Assembly: GCA_027620815.1 (NCBI GenBank)
Contig: JAQCDH010000001.1
Coordinates: 1 to 57,776, forward strand
Direction of reading: 5' to 3'
DNA from: Bacillota bacterium
Lineage (GTDB): Bacteria > Bacillota_I > Bacilli_A > Acholeplasmatales > Acholeplasmataceae
DNA: 57,776 nucleotides
Each line of letters starts with the position of its first letter. Within the stretch, counting starts at the first letter, position 1. A program made the translations under genes and the position numbers. Below are positions 25,966 through 36,882 of the stretch, piece by piece. The notes under the pieces were generated by a model that did no database searches, was not told where the DNA came from, and worked only from the letters and a program-made list of their open reading frames with translations.

Positions 25966-25988
25966 AAAGTCTCCAAGAGACTTTTTTC
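25964..25988 (+). terminator. Rho-independent terminator after rpoE
   Basis: AGTCTC pairs with GAGACT across a short loop, extended by A/T pairs, then T6. Confidence 0.6.
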
Positions 25989-26061
25989 TTGTTTAAAAAC
26001 TTACAAAATAAAATAAAAAAATCATGTATAATAACATTGAAATAACAAAGGAGAAAACATT

Positions 26062-26928
26062 ATGGCATTAGTTTCAGCACGCGATATGCTTTTAAAAGCA
26101 AATAAAGATGGTTATGGGATTGCCCAAATCAATATCAATAATTTAGAATGGATTAAAGCAACGCTTGAAGAAGTTCAAGCACTTCAATCCCCTGTTATTT
26201 TAGGAGTATCAGAAGGTGCAGCGAAATATATGGGCGGATATAGAAACGTCATGGGAATGGTTAGAGAAGTACACGACTTTTTAGGTGTCACCGTTCCAGT
26301 AGCGGTTCACTTAGATCACGGTTCATTTGATGGCGCACAAAAAGCACTTGCTGCAGGATTTACATCGATTATGTTTGATGGTTCACATTATCCATTTGCA
26401 GAAAACTTAGAAAAAACAAAAGAAGTTGTAGCAATGTGTCACGCTAAAGGCGTCTCAGTAGAAGCAGAAGTTGGTTCTATTGGTGGTGAAGAAGATGGTG
26501 TCATTGGTGGTGGAGAAATTGCCGATCCTGAAGAATGCCGTCAACTTGCTGCAACAGGTGTAGACATGTTTGCTGCAGGTATTGGTAATATACATGGTAT
26601 GTATCCGCCATCATGGAAAGGTCTTAACTTTGACGTTTTAGAGGAAGTTCAAAATGTAACTGGTGGTGTACCTCTTGTCTTACATGGTGGATCAGGTATT
26701 CCTGATGAGATGGTTAAAAAAGCAATTTCTTTAGGTGTTTCAAAAATTAATGTCAACACAGAATGCCAAATTGCATTTGCGAAAGCAACCCGTGAATACA
26801 TTGAAAAAGGTCTTGATCAACAAGGAAAAGGATTTGATCCAAGAAAGTTATTAAAACCAGGATATGACGCAATTAAAGAAGTCATTCGTACGAAATTAAC
26901 ATTATTTGGATCTGTGAATCAAGCATAA
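26062..26928 (+). CDS. fba: Class II fructose-bisphosphate aldolase
   Basis: Recognised blocks: MALVSARDMLLKANKDGYGIAQININNLEW, VAVHLDHG, LVLHGGSG. Confidence 0.95.
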   Translation: MALVSARDMLLKANKDGYGIAQININNLEWIKATLEEVQALQSPVILGVSEGAAKYMGGYRNVMGMVREVHDFLGVTVPVAVHLDHGSFDGAQKALAAGFTSIMFDGSHYPFAENLEKTKEVVAMCHAKGVSVEAEVGSIGGEEDGVIGGGEIADPEECRQLAATGVDMFAAGIGNIHGMYPPSWKGLNFDVLEEVQNVTGGVPLVLHGGSGIPDEMVKKAISLGVSKINVNTECQIAFAKATREYIEKGLDQQGKGFDPRKLLKPGYDAIKEVIRTKLTLFGSVNQA

Positions 26929-26938
26929 CGAGGTCATT

Positions 26939-27496
26939 ATGAACGAAGAGCACGTCTATCACGAGTATGCGAGTTGGAAATTAGATAAACACGAATTTTT
27001 ACAAACATTGATTGCGCAGGAATCGTCTTTAATGTTGCGTTTTCAACATGTCTTTAATGTGGTGGATCATCTCTATACAAAAATGGTGGATTCATTATCT
27101 TATACAGAAGATGAACTCAACATTTTTCAAACGGGATTTTATTATTTAGCTGATCAAATCGATGAAATCGAAACCATTTTAAAGAAATTCTTTAAAGAGG
27201 ATTTAAATGCATTAGAAAAACAAGTTAAAGATGTCAATTTATTACTTTCAACCATTGAATTTCAACAAGAAATACTAGGATTAGATGAATTCCAACAAGA
27301 AGATTTAGATAAATTAATGGATTTTGAAAAACAACTTGTTGATAAAATATCAAATCAAGAACCAATACCTATTCATATGTTTAAAGATTTAGATGAATTA
27401 ACATATAATATGTTTAAAAGGTTAAACGTTGATTTTTATCCAATCGATGATATATACTTAGAAATTGCTGATGAACTCGGCATTATAGAAGGATAA
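26939..27496 (+). CDS. Hypothetical acidic, probably helical, cytoplasmic protein
   Basis: 185-aa ORF with a GAGG RBS. No recognisable motifs. Confidence 0.55.
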   Translation: MNEEHVYHEYASWKLDKHEFLQTLIAQESSLMLRFQHVFNVVDHLYTKMVDSLSYTEDELNIFQTGFYYLADQIDEIETILKKFFKEDLNALEKQVKDVNLLLSTIEFQQEILGLDEFQQEDLDKLMDFEKQLVDKISNQEPIPIHMFKDLDELTYNMFKRLNVDFYPIDDIYLEIADELGIIEG

Positions 27497-27531
27497 TAAA
27501 AAGCCACTCTATCTAGAGTGGCTATTTTTTT
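27496..27531. terminator. Bidirectional terminator between convergent genes
   Basis: AGCCACTCTA (27502-27511) pairs with TAGAGTGGCT (27514-27523). It is flanked by an A-run on the left and T7 on the right, and abuts the lysS stop codon. Confidence 0.7.
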
Positions 27532-29008
27532 ATTCTTTTGTTTTTAAGTGTGGGAATAAGATGACATCTCGTATATTAGGTGTATTCGTAAGTAGCATAA
27601 TGAGTCTATCAATACCAATACCTAAACCGCCAGCAGGTGGCATCCCGTACTCGAGTGCTTCTAAGAAATCAAGATCAACATCATTGGCCTCATCATTACC
27701 AAGTGCTTTTTGAGCTTGCTGAGAATCAAATCTTTCTTTTTGATCGATTGGATCATTCAGTTCAGAAAACGCATTTGCAAACTCACTTTTTACGATGAAT
27801 AACTCAAAGCGCTCTGTAAATCTTGAATCCACATCATTTTTCTTAGCAAGTGGACTAATTTCAATTGGATGTCCATAGACAAAGGTTGGTTGTATCAAAG
27901 TTTCTTCAACAAAATGTTCAAAGAAGGCTTCAACAATGTGTCCATATTCAAAATGTTTCTCAACATGAATATGATTGTCTTTAGCAAGTTTTTTTGCTTC
28001 CTCAAGCGTTTTAACTTCAAATAAATTAATGTTTGTTTTTTCTTTAATCGCATCGACCATATGAATACGTTTAAATGGTTTTTCAAAACGAATCTCTTGA
28101 TCTTGGAAGGTGACTTTAGGTTCCCCTAAAACATCTACTGCCACTTGATTAAAGACGTCTTCAATTAAATCCATTATTCCCTCCATATCTGAATAGGCAA
28201 GGTAAGCTTCGATGGTTGTAAATTCTGGATTATGTTTTGCATCCATCCCTTCATTTCTAAAAAGACGACCAATTTCATAAACCGCTTCTAACCCACCTAC
28301 AAGTAATTTTTTAAGTGGTAATTCTGTCGCGATACGTAAGTTAAAATCCATATCTAATGCGTTATGATACGTTCTAAAAGGACGCGCAGAAGCCCCACCT
28401 AACGTTTTTTGTAAGACAGGAGTTTCTACTTCAATGAACCCTTTTTCATCAAAAAAACGTTGGATTGAACGAATGATCATTGGACGAAGAACAGCGACTC
28501 TTAATGCTTCATCACTTGTTAGTAAATCTAAATATCTTCTACGACGCGCAATTTCTTTATCTTGTAAACCGTGAAATTTATCTGGTAAAGGTCTGAGTGC
28601 TTTTGTTAAATGCGTATATGTGGTTGCGTGAATGGTTAATTCATCTGTATTTGTTCTAAATAAATAACCTTTGACACCAACAATATCACCTAAGTCACTA
28701 TGCATGACAGTATCATATTGATCATCACCTAAATCATTAAGTCTCACATAAACTTGTATGGTTCCACTTCGATCTTTAATATGCATGAAACCAGCCTTAC
28801 CTTGGCCACGTTTGAGCATAATTCTACCAGCAATAGATACTTCCACTTTAAGTGACTCTAACTCTTCTTTAGGAAGGCTGTCATAAGCATCTTTAATTTG
28901 TTTTGCATGGTGAGTTCTTTCGTATTTAGAACCAAAAGGATCAACACCTTTATCTTTTAAATACTGTAGTTTTTCTTTACGTATACGGGTTTGTTCTAAG
29001 TCTTCCAT
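27530..29008 (-). CDS. lysS: Lysine--tRNA ligase (class II)
   Basis: RLFRNEGMDAKHNPEFTTIE (motif 2) and GGLGIGIDRLIMLLT (motif 3). The start MEDLEQTRIRKEK at 29008 follows AAGGAG; the track ORF extends 15 codons further upstream. Confidence 0.94.
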   Translation of the reverse strand: MEDLEQTRIRKEKLQYLKDKGVDPFGSKYERTHHAKQIKDAYDSLPKEELESLKVEVSIAGRIMLKRGQGKAGFMHIKDRSGTIQVYVRLNDLGDDQYDTVMHSDLGDIVGVKGYLFRTNTDELTIHATTYTHLTKALRPLPDKFHGLQDKEIARRRRYLDLLTSDEALRVAVLRPMIIRSIQRFFDEKGFIEVETPVLQKTLGGASARPFRTYHNALDMDFNLRIATELPLKKLLVGGLEAVYEIGRLFRNEGMDAKHNPEFTTIEAYLAYSDMEGIMDLIEDVFNQVAVDVLGEPKVTFQDQEIRFEKPFKRIHMVDAIKEKTNINLFEVKTLEEAKKLAKDNHIHVEKHFEYGHIVEAFFEHFVEETLIQPTFVYGHPIEISPLAKKNDVDSRFTERFELFIVKSEFANAFSELNDPIDQKERFDSQQAQKALGNDEANDVDLDFLEALEYGMPPAGGLGIGIDRLIMLLTNTPNIRDVILFPHLKTKE

Positions 29009-29059
29009 GAGACACTCCTTTTGTTCATTACAAATGGCCATAAATATGGCCAAATGAAG

Positions 29060-29311
29060 TTAAGCTTGTATCACACCATACATTAAATGATCTTTGATAA
29101 CAGTAAGTGATGACACTTTAACAATGATTGTTTTTGCAGCATAATGAATGGCAATTTCATCACCAATTTTAAGTTGATAGCTTGGTTTGACTGGTTTTCC
29201 ATTGACATCAATTTTAGATTTTTCAGCAACATCTTTAGCAACTGTACGTCTCTTCATTAAGCGAGAAACTTTTAAATATTTATCAAGCCGCATCGGGTGA
29301 TTCTGTTTCAA
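29060..29311 (-). CDS. S4-domain RNA-binding protein (Hsp15/YabO-like)
   Basis: [47 protein letters not shown] is a typical S4 fold motif. The start is uncertain (TTG at 29311 or ATG at 29293). Either choice overlaps the ftsH 3' end. Confidence 0.8.
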   Translation of the reverse strand: MKQNHPMRLDKYLKVSRLMKRRTVAKDVAEKSKIDVNGKPVKPSYQLKIGDEIAIHYAAKTIIVKVSSLTVIKDHLMYGVIQA

Positions 29312-31205
29312 CCTTTTTTTCTTCTATGAGTTGATTTTCCCACCAAGCGAGTTTACCAGATTTAACAATTTCATCAATATCTGCTTTTGTAAGAGTTTCA
29401 ATATCAAGTAAGTATTGCGCGATCGTATCTAATAAGGTGATGTTTTCAGTAATGATTTTACGTGCTGTTTCATAACATTCAGTAATAATATCACGCACTT
29501 CTTTATCGATTTCATGAGCAACTTGATCTGAGAAGTTTTTCTCTTTGTAGTAATCACGACCTAAAAAGACACTTCCACCTTGGTTTTCATATTGAATTGG
29601 ACCAAGTGCACTCATTCCGTATTCAGTGACCATTGCACGTGCAATTTTAGTTGCCATTTGAAAGTCATTGTAAGCACCGGTTGTGACCGTATCAAACTTA
29701 ATTTCTTCTGCAACACGTCCACCTAAATAACTGGTAATCATTGCAAGAAGAGATTGTTTTGTTTCTAAGAATGTTTCTTCAGCTGGCGTCATTAAGTTAT
29801 AGCCACCTGCTCTCCCACGAGGGATGATGGTTACTTTTTGAACGACATTGGCGTGTGGAACTTTAATCCCGATAATAGCATGTCCAGCTTCATGGAATGC
29901 AACGGTTTTCTTTTCTTTTGGTGTAAACTTACGTGATTTTTTAGCAGGTCCCATACGGACACGATCCATTGCTTCATCTAAATCTTTTTCAATGACCATC
30001 GTACGATTTTCACGTGCAGCAAGTAATGCAGATTCGTTGAGTAAATTTTCTATGTCTGCCCCACTAAAACCTGGAATTCTTAAAGATAAACCTTTAAAGT
30101 CTATATCTGGATCAATTTTTTTATTTCTTGCATGGACCTTTAAGATTGCTTCACGACCTCTCACATCCGGTAAGTCAATCGTGATCTGTCTGTCAAAACG
30201 ACCGGGACGTAATAAGGCTGGATCTAAAACATCAGGACGGTTGGTAGCAGCCATAATGATAACTCCTAAATTTCCAGTAAATCCATCCATTTCAACAAGT
30301 AACTGGTTTAAAGTTTGTTCACGTTCATCGTGACCACCACCTAATCCAGCACCACGCTGACGACCAACAGCATCAATTTCATCGATAAAAATGATACAAG
30401 GTGAGCTTTCTTTTGCAACTTTGAATAAGTCACGAACACGAGAAGCACCAACCCCAACAAACATTTCAACAAAGTCTGAACCTGAAATAGAAAAGAATGG
30501 AACATTTGCTTCTCCGGCAACTGCTTTTGCAAGTAAGGTTTTACCTGTACCAGGTGCGCCTACGAGTAAGACACCTTTTGGGATTCTAGCACCCATATCT
30601 GCGTATTTTTTAGGTGTTTTAAGGAAATCAATGATTTCTTCTAATTCCTCTTTTTCTTCGTCAACTCCCGCAACATCTTTAAAAGTGACTGTTTTTTCAC
30701 GGTTTAATTTTGCACGATTTTTTGAGAAATCAAACGCACGATTATTTTGACTATTTGCATTTCTAAATATAATAAATAAGACAACTAAAAATAATCCAAT
30801 CGGTAAAATGTTAATAAGAACGGTCCAGAAAGTCACCCCAGAAACTGGAACGATTTCAGTTGTACCACCTGATAGGTTAACTTTCTCAGCGATAAGATCA
30901 GCTTCATCAATACGCATAATTCCTGTAAATTGACGAATATCACCATAACTTGATGCACTCGCTGCTTTGATAACACCAGAAATATTCACGAGGTCGAAAT
31001 TTTCTCCTCCAATGAGTTGATAAGAGAAATATTCGATATCTTGTTGATCTGCAGCTTCTGTAATTTCAATGGTTGTTAATGCTTGAGATGGTTCTTCAAG
31101 CGCGTTACGTAAAAATAAAAAGACCCCCAAAACAATTACTAAGGTAAATATGATGACTAAATAATCTGGTTTTTTCTTTAATGGTGTGTTTGGTTTTTTT
31201 GTCAT
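29283..31205 (-). CDS. ftsH: ATP-dependent zinc metalloprotease FtsH
   Basis: Two TM helices, Walker [14 protein letters not shown], Walker [10 protein letters not shown], the second region of homology, and the zinc site HEAGHA. Confidence 0.97.
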   Translation of the reverse strand: MTKKPNTPLKKKPDYLVIIFTLVIVLGVFLFLRNALEEPSQALTTIEITEAADQQDIEYFSYQLIGGENFDLVNISGVIKAASASSYGDIRQFTGIMRIDEADLIAEKVNLSGGTTEIVPVSGVTFWTVLINILPIGLFLVVLFIIFRNANSQNNRAFDFSKNRAKLNREKTVTFKDVAGVDEEKEELEEIIDFLKTPKKYADMGARIPKGVLLVGAPGTGKTLLAKAVAGEANVPFFSISGSDFVEMFVGVGASRVRDLFKVAKESSPCIIFIDEIDAVGRQRGAGLGGGHDEREQTLNQLLVEMDGFTGNLGVIIMAATNRPDVLDPALLRPGRFDRQITIDLPDVRGREAILKVHARNKKIDPDIDFKGLSLRIPGFSGADIENLLNESALLAARENRTMVIEKDLDEAMDRVRMGPAKKSRKFTPKEKKTVAFHEAGHAIIGIKVPHANVVQKVTIIPRGRAGGYNLMTPAEETFLETKQSLLAMITSYLGGRVAEEIKFDTVTTGAYNDFQMATKIARAMVTEYGMSALGPIQYENQGGSVFLGRDYYKEKNFSDQVAHEIDKEVRDIITECYETARKIITENITLLDTIAQYLLDIETLTKADIDEIVKSGKLAWWENQLIEEKKVETESPDAA

Positions 31206-31208
31206 TAA

Positions 31209-31760
31209 TTACGACTCCTTGTTTGAATAAACTGCTTTTTTTAAGATACCCACATAAGGTAAGTTACGGTAAAGTTCATTATAATCTAATCCATAGCCAA
31301 CAACAAACTGATTTGGAATGGTTGTTCCGATGTAATCGGGTGTATAAGTTTTTAATCTTCCACCTGGTTTATCTAACAAAGTAACAACTTTAACTGAGTT
31401 TGCGCCTCTATTTTTAAAAACTTCTAACATGGTTGTGATCGTGTTTGCGGTATCAACAATGTCTTCAATAATTAAAATATCACGGTTCTTAAGTGAAATA
31501 TCAGAATCCTTTGTAATTTTAACATCACCCGTAGATGCAATGCCTCCGTGATAACTACTGACAGATAAATATTCCATATCTACATACAAATCAATGTGCT
31601 TCACTAAATCAGACATAAACGGGATACAACCCTTAAGTAAACCAATAAGAAGCGGTTTTTTATCTTGATAATCATGTGTGATTTGTGCACCTAGTTGGAT
31701 ACAAATCTCACGAATTTGCGTTTCTGAAACAAGTATTTCTTCGATATCATCTTTAATCAT
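31209..31760 (-). CDS. hpt: Hypoxanthine(-guanine) phosphoribosyltransferase
   Basis: PRPP-binding loop ILIIEDIVDTANT, and the conserved tilS-hpt-ftsH order. Confidence 0.93.
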   Translation of the reverse strand: MIKDDIEEILVSETQIREICIQLGAQITHDYQDKKPLLIGLLKGCIPFMSDLVKHIDLYVDMEYLSVSSYHGGIASTGDVKITKDSDISLKNRDILIIEDIVDTANTITTMLEVFKNRGANSVKVVTLLDKPGGRLKTYTPDYIGTTIPNQFVVGYGLDYNELYRNLPYVGILKKAVYSNKES

Positions 31761-33027
31761 GTGTGTGAATGTTTACCCACAGTGTGTGAGTGTCTCCTAA
31801 CGTTTTGTTTGTATAAGTATCTTCAACATAAATTATGGTTTTTGATTGATCTTCGATAACGATAAGAGAATCTCTTAGATGTTTGGGATATTTCACATTC
31901 ATTAAATGGTCTTTAAGTTTTTTATGGCCATAATGAAAATGAAGTAAATCACCAGGGTTTCGATATCGTATCGCAAGTGGGAAAATCAATTTATTATAAC
32001 ATATTTTAATAAGAGGTAGGTTGTTGTTTGGCTTATTATCGTAAAATATGGAAACGTCTTTGTGACCTAATATTTCGTTATTTTGAATCAATTTTTCTGA
32101 TTTGGTCGTTTTGACATGTTGTTGATTAAGAAAAATCTCGTCATAAGAAAAATAAATCAATCTATCGTTTTCAAGATGAATTTCTAAAGAGGGTTTCTCA
32201 TTGATTAACTCAGAATATATGCGAGTGATATAAACTTTTGATGGCGTGCAAGCATGTTTGATCAACCACAATCGAATGATTTCTTGTGCAAGTAGAGGGT
32301 CTATAGAAAGTAACTTTTTTCGAGATAATTTTTCTGTGACATACGGTTCTGCAAGATTTTTAATCATATTTGAAACATCACGCGCACGCTCTGAAAAATG
32401 AAGTAAATATGTTTGATAATCAGGGGAAATGCTTTTAAGGACAGGTAGCAATTCATTCCTAATTTTATTTCTCGTATAGACATTGGATTGATTAGAAATG
32501 TCTTCATTAAAAGGGACGTGATATTTTTCTGCATAGGTATATAAAGCTTGTTTTTCAACAGATAAAAAAGGTTTATAAAAAACAATACCGTCTATTGTTT
32601 GTTTTAAATTCAATCCCGCTTGATATTCTAAAGCACTTCCTTTAAGTATTCTCATAATAATCGTTTCGATGTGGTCGTCTTGATGATGTGCGGTTAAAAG
32701 AGTCGAGACACCAAATTGATGAGCAAGATCAAGATAAATTGATTGTCTTAATGCATGAGCTTCAGCGTGAAAATTCCCTTTTTTAACATCAATGTGTTTT
32801 ATAAAATAAGTTAACTTTTCTTGAATACAAAAAGATGAAACTAGCGTTTCATCTTCTATCGCTTCCTCACGTTTATGATGATTAATATGAACAACGATAG
32901 GAGAAAGATTTTTAAGAGCATGCAAAAGGACCATGGAATCTACACCACCACTGACTGCAATTAGAAGTATTTGACCTTGAAGTTCGCGATTAAGTTTTTG
33001 AATGATAGTTTCTAAAGACATAACCAT
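31753..33027 (-). CDS. tilS: tRNA(Ile)-lysidine synthase
   Basis: PP-loop LLIAVSGGVDSMVLLH. Overlaps the hpt start by 8 nt. Confidence 0.9.
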   Translation of the reverse strand: MVMSLETIIQKLNRELQGQILLIAVSGGVDSMVLLHALKNLSPIVVHINHHKREEAIEDETLVSSFCIQEKLTYFIKHIDVKKGNFHAEAHALRQSIYLDLAHQFGVSTLLTAHHQDDHIETIIMRILKGSALEYQAGLNLKQTIDGIVFYKPFLSVEKQALYTYAEKYHVPFNEDISNQSNVYTRNKIRNELLPVLKSISPDYQTYLLHFSERARDVSNMIKNLAEPYVTEKLSRKKLLSIDPLLAQEIIRLWLIKHACTPSKVYITRIYSELINEKPSLEIHLENDRLIYFSYDEIFLNQQHVKTTKSEKLIQNNEILGHKDVSIFYDNKPNNNLPLIKICYNKLIFPLAIRYRNPGDLLHFHYGHKKLKDHLMNVKYPKHLRDSLIVIEDQSKTIIYVEDTYTNKTLGDTHTLWVNIHTHD

Positions 33028-33086
33028 ATTATATCATGTTTAAAGTGATGAAACGTGTTGTGTTATAATACCAGCGGAGGAAATTT

Positions 33087-33659
33087 ATGCGAATCATTTT
33101 AGCGAGTCAATCCCCTAGAAGACAATCGATATTAAAAGATGCTGGAATTGAGTTTGAAACCATTCCAAGTATGTTTGATGAATCAAGTATTCTACCAACA
33201 ACTAAAGAAGATTTTGTCATGAAGCTTTCATATCATAAAGCGAAAGAAGTTTATCTCAAAAACCAAGATGCGCTTGTTATTGGTGCAGATACCATTGTGT
33301 ATTTAAAAGATGAAGCGAAAGAGTATTATTTAGGAAAACCTAAAGATAAAGATCATGCAAAAGAGATGTTATCATCACTTTCAGGACGTACACACCAAGT
33401 ATTAACAGGTGTGACAGTCCTAACAAAAAATCATCAAGAAATTTTTTATACACAATCAAGTGTTACTTTTAAGAACCTTTCTGAATTAGAAATTGATGCT
33501 TATATAGAATCAAAAGAACCTTTTGATAAAGCTGGGGCATACGCGATTCAAGGCGAGGGACATCAATTGGTCTCAAAGTATGATGGCGATTTTTTTACGA
33601 TTATGGGACTTCCAATAAAAGAGCTTATTAAAGCAATCAATAAAATAAAGACATCCTAA
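33087..33659 (+). CDS. maf: Maf-like nucleoside triphosphate pyrophosphatase
   Basis: Blocks MRIILASQSPRRQSIL and DKAGAYAIQG. GGAGGA RBS. Confidence 0.9.
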   Translation: MRIILASQSPRRQSILKDAGIEFETIPSMFDESSILPTTKEDFVMKLSYHKAKEVYLKNQDALVIGADTIVYLKDEAKEYYLGKPKDKDHAKEMLSSLSGRTHQVLTGVTVLTKNHQEIFYTQSSVTFKNLSELEIDAYIESKEPFDKAGAYAIQGEGHQLVSKYDGDFFTIMGLPIKELIKAINKIKTS

Positions 33660-33675
33660 TTGGATGTCTTTTTTT
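33648..33675. terminator. Bidirectional terminator hairpin containing the stop codons of both convergent genes
   Basis: AAGACATCC (33648-33656) pairs with GGATGTCTT (33662-33670) around the 5-nt loop TAATT, then a T-run. The maf TAA (33657-33659) and hslO TAG (33658-33656) both lie at the loop. Confidence 0.65.
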
Positions 33676-34543
33676 CGATTAATAAACGGATATCTGATTC
33701 AGTGATATTGTATTCTTTCTTACAAAAATGACATGTGATATGTGCACCATGATCTTCATCAGCAAGCGGTCTTAAAGCCTCATCAGATAACGTGGATAAT
33801 GATGTTAAGAAGCCTTCATAAGAACAAGGACATTTGTATTGAATGTGTCTTTTATCTAAAATAACACCTGTATTTTTAGATAATCGGTCAAACAACATTT
33901 CTGGTGTTTCACCCGCTTCATAAAGTGTTGTGATCGGTTCAAGATTTGAAATCACAGTTTCTATTTCAACGATGGTTTCTTCAGTGACACCTGGCATGAG
34001 TTGTAAAATATATCCACCACTTGTTTGAATGCTTTGATCTGGATTGACAAGCACACCTAATCCCACGCTAGAATTTGTTTGTTCTGAGGTTGTGAAATAA
34101 TAGGTGAAGTCATCCGCAATTTCTCCTGTTTGTAACGTGGAAGAAGAAGTGTAGTATTCTTTCATCAACAAATCTTTAGTAACAAATAAAAAACCTTCAC
34201 CCACTGCTCCCCCCACCGCAAGTTTCCCCTTTTTAGGACCATCATGATAGGTCATATAAACTTCCGGGTTTGAAATATCTGCGCGTACCTCACCTAAACC
34301 GTTGGCTTCTACAGTCATGGATCCAATGGGACCATCACCCTTTATTCTTAACGTTAATCGTTCGTTATCTTTATACATGAGTCCCATCATTGCAGATGCA
34401 GTTAAAAAACGACCTAAGGCAGCACTTGCAGTTGGCCATGTTTGATGTAATACATGTGCTGTTTCAACGAGTTTCGTTGTTAAGGCTGTATAAATACGAA
34501 CTGTTTTATTATAGGCATGACCTATAAGTACATAATCTTCCAT
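33656..34543 (-). CDS. hslO: Redox-regulated chaperone Hsp33
   Basis: The C-terminal zinc centre CPCS...CHFC is typical of Hsp33. 295 aa. Confidence 0.92.
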   Translation of the reverse strand: MEDYVLIGHAYNKTVRIYTALTTKLVETAHVLHQTWPTASAALGRFLTASAMMGLMYKDNERLTLRIKGDGPIGSMTVEANGLGEVRADISNPEVYMTYHDGPKKGKLAVGGAVGEGFLFVTKDLLMKEYYTSSSTLQTGEIADDFTYYFTTSEQTNSSVGLGVLVNPDQSIQTSGGYILQLMPGVTEETIVEIETVISNLEPITTLYEAGETPEMLFDRLSKNTGVILDKRHIQYKCPCSYEGFLTSLSTLSDEALRPLADEDHGAHITCHFCKKEYNITESDIRLLIEKKTSN

Positions 34544-34614
34544 TTCATCACCAAACGTATTGTAGCATATTTGAAACTAAGGGTATGGTATGATACAATC
34601 AAGTCGGTGAAAAT

Positions 34615-35580
34615 ATGGGATTTAAAATAGGAAATATCGAAGTGAATAACAAGCTGGTTTTAGCGCCGATGGCTGGTGTTTCTAACAGCCCTTTTCGTTT
34701 GCTTGCAAGAAACCACGGCGCAGGTATGGTTTATGCTGAGATGATTTCAGATAAAGGCCTTATTTATAAAAATGAAAAAACCATTCAAATGTTATTTATG
34801 ACAGACGATGAAAAACCAATGATTCAACAAATCTTTGGGTCTGATTTAGATACCATGGTTGAAGCTGCTATCTATATTGACAAATTTAGCAATTGTGATG
34901 CCATTGATATTAACATGGGATGTCCAGTTCCGAAAGTAGCGATTAAAGCTCAAGCAGGTGCTGCACTCATGAAACATCCTGCTAGAATTTATGACATTGT
35001 TTATGAAATTTCAAGACGTGTTTCTAAACCTCTTACTGTTAAAATTCGTTCTGGTTGGGATGATGATTCTGTAAATGCAGTTGAGGTTGCTAAAGAAATC
35101 GAACGTGCTGGTGCAAGCGCGATTACCGTTCATGCAAGAACACGTGCTCAAGGCTATTCTGGTAAGGCAGACTTAGATGTAATAAAAGCCGTTAAAGAAG
35201 CGGTTTCCATACCAGTGATTGGTAATGGAGATATTGTTGATGGACCATCAGCAAAACGTATGTTAGATTACACGGGTTGTGATGCAGTAATGATTGGTAG
35301 AGCGGCTTTAGGAAATCCTTGGATATTTAAAGAAATAGATGCCTATTTAAATGGAGACCCAGAAGTTATAAGACCGACAGTCGATGAAATCAAAACACTT
35401 ATGTTAGAACATCTATACGATCTAGTTAAACTAAAAGGTGAAAAACTTGGTGTTTTAGAAATGAGAAGTCACGGACCTTGGTATTTAAAGGGTATTGATA
35501 ATGCAACAAGCCTTAGAAAAGAGCTCGTAAGAGCAAAAACAGTTAAAGAATATGAAGATGCAGTTCACGCATTTGAGTAA
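34615..35580 (+). CDS. dusB: tRNA-dihydrouridine synthase
   Basis: Blocks LAPMAGVSNSPFR, NMGCPVPKV (catalytic Cys), HARTR, IGNGDI. Confidence 0.9.
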   Translation: MGFKIGNIEVNNKLVLAPMAGVSNSPFRLLARNHGAGMVYAEMISDKGLIYKNEKTIQMLFMTDDEKPMIQQIFGSDLDTMVEAAIYIDKFSNCDAIDINMGCPVPKVAIKAQAGAALMKHPARIYDIVYEISRRVSKPLTVKIRSGWDDDSVNAVEVAKEIERAGASAITVHARTRAQGYSGKADLDVIKAVKEAVSIPVIGNGDIVDGPSAKRMLDYTGCDAVMIGRAALGNPWIFKEIDAYLNGDPEVIRPTVDEIKTLMLEHLYDLVKLKGEKLGVLEMRSHGPWYLKGIDNATSLRKELVRAKTVKEYEDAVHAFE

Positions 35581-35612
35581 AAAAAGAGAGTAGATTATCT
35601 ACTCTCTTTTTT
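35581..35612. terminator. Bidirectional terminator between dusB and hflX
   Basis: AGAGAGTAGA (35585-35594) pairs with TCTACTCTCT (35598-35607), flanked by A5 and T6. Confidence 0.7.
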
Positions 35613-36876
35613 ATATTTCTTTAATAAAACGCATGTATGGTTTCATATGATTGGGATCAATAGACACTTTAATATCGATTCCTAACTCGTGATACGTTTC
35701 TGAAACAATCTTATATCTAGATTTTAACTTGTGATAGACGTCCATGTGATTAAAATCAAGGAACAAGGTGACGTTTTCAAAGGTTTGATATAATTGTTCA
35801 AAAATACTTGTCATAAGTTGAGGAATACCGTTTTGAGAGTGTGCTGAAATAAGCATATAATCTAAATCGATGATTGGAAAATCGTTAAGTAAGTCAGCTT
35901 TAGTAATCACATATTGAGTAGGAATGTGATCTGCGCCTATTTTTTTAAGAATGTTTTGTGTTGTTTGGATATGAGAAAGGGAAACACTTGTACCATCAAT
36001 TAAGTGTAATATTAAATCTGCTTGTTTGACATCTTCTAGAGTGGTTTCAAAAGAGTTAATGAGTTCTGTAGGGAGTTTTGAAATGAACCCAACGGTATCA
36101 ATAAGTAAAAAATCTCTTTGGTTATCAAAATGGAGTCTTTTTGATTTTGTATCAATGGTTGAAAAAAGCATATCTTTTTCAAGTGTTTCGTGTTCTTTAA
36201 TGCCATAGAGTTTCACTAAAGCATTCATAAGAGAAGATTTTCCTGCATTGGTGTAACCCACTAAAGCAACAGTTTTTGTTTTTGTGTGTTTTCTTTGTTT
36301 ACGGGTTGTTTCTTTTTCAGTTTTGATTTTTTTTAATTGTGCTTTGATAATTGAGATATCTTCAAGAACTTTTCTTCGATCAAGTTCTAGTTTTGTTTCA
36401 CCGGGTCCTTTTGCATTATAAGAGCCTCCACCTTGTCTTGAAAGTGAAGCGCGCATTCCTATAAGTCTCGAAATCATGTATCTTTTTTGAGCTAAAGCCA
36501 CTTCTAGTACAGCTTCTTTTGATTGTGCGCGTTCTGCAAAAATCGATAAAATTAAAAAACTTCGATCAAACACTTGAACATCTAAATCAGACTCAAGATT
36601 ACGAAGTTGGGCCGGGGATAATTCATCATCAAAAATAACAACATCAATGTTATCTTTTTCAATGAGATGTTTGATTTCTTGAACTTTTCCATCACCAATC
36701 AGTGTTCTTGCTGAGGCAACTTTTCCATGTTGCGTGATTTTGTGAACGGTGTGTATAGATACCGTTTGGGCAAGACGTTCAAGTTCATCAAGCGACGTAA
36801 GTAAATCGCTAGTATCTAGTTGAGTAGAGAAAGCGACTAAAATCGCTTGGTCTTGTTTTTGTTTTGTTAGAATCAT
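35611..36876 (-). CDS. hflX: GTPase HflX
   Basis: Blocks GYTNAGKSSLMN (G1), DTVGFI and TKADL. The ATG at 36876 (MILTKQKQDQAILVAF) is preferred. The track's TTG at 36912 falls inside a putative -35 box. Confidence 0.88.
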   Translation of the reverse strand: MILTKQKQDQAILVAFSTQLDTSDLLTSLDELERLAQTVSIHTVHKITQHGKVASARTLIGDGKVQEIKHLIEKDNIDVVIFDDELSPAQLRNLESDLDVQVFDRSFLILSIFAERAQSKEAVLEVALAQKRYMISRLIGMRASLSRQGGGSYNAKGPGETKLELDRRKVLEDISIIKAQLKKIKTEKETTRKQRKHTKTKTVALVGYTNAGKSSLMNALVKLYGIKEHETLEKDMLFSTIDTKSKRLHFDNQRDFLLIDTVGFISKLPTELINSFETTLEDVKQADLILHLIDGTSVSLSHIQTTQNILKKIGADHIPTQYVITKADLLNDFPIIDLDYMLISAHSQNGIPQLMTSIFEQLYQTFENVTLFLDFNHMDVYHKLKSRYKIVSETYHELGIDIKVSIDPNHMKPYMRFIKEI

Positions 36877-36882
36877 AACATG

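Noticed and set aside
29848-30750. 161-aa and 119-aa + strand ORFs, and a 63-aa - strand ORF, within ftsH
   Set aside because: They lie antisense or out of frame within the highly conserved ftsH coding sequence and have no motifs or RBS. Similar nested ORFs elsewhere (2980..3327, 6934..7137, 8683..8865, 9826..10056, 11298..11567, 20809..21000, 36026..36208, 46029..46502, 47951..48199, 50059..50247, 55160..55704, 56389..56869) were rejected for the same reason.
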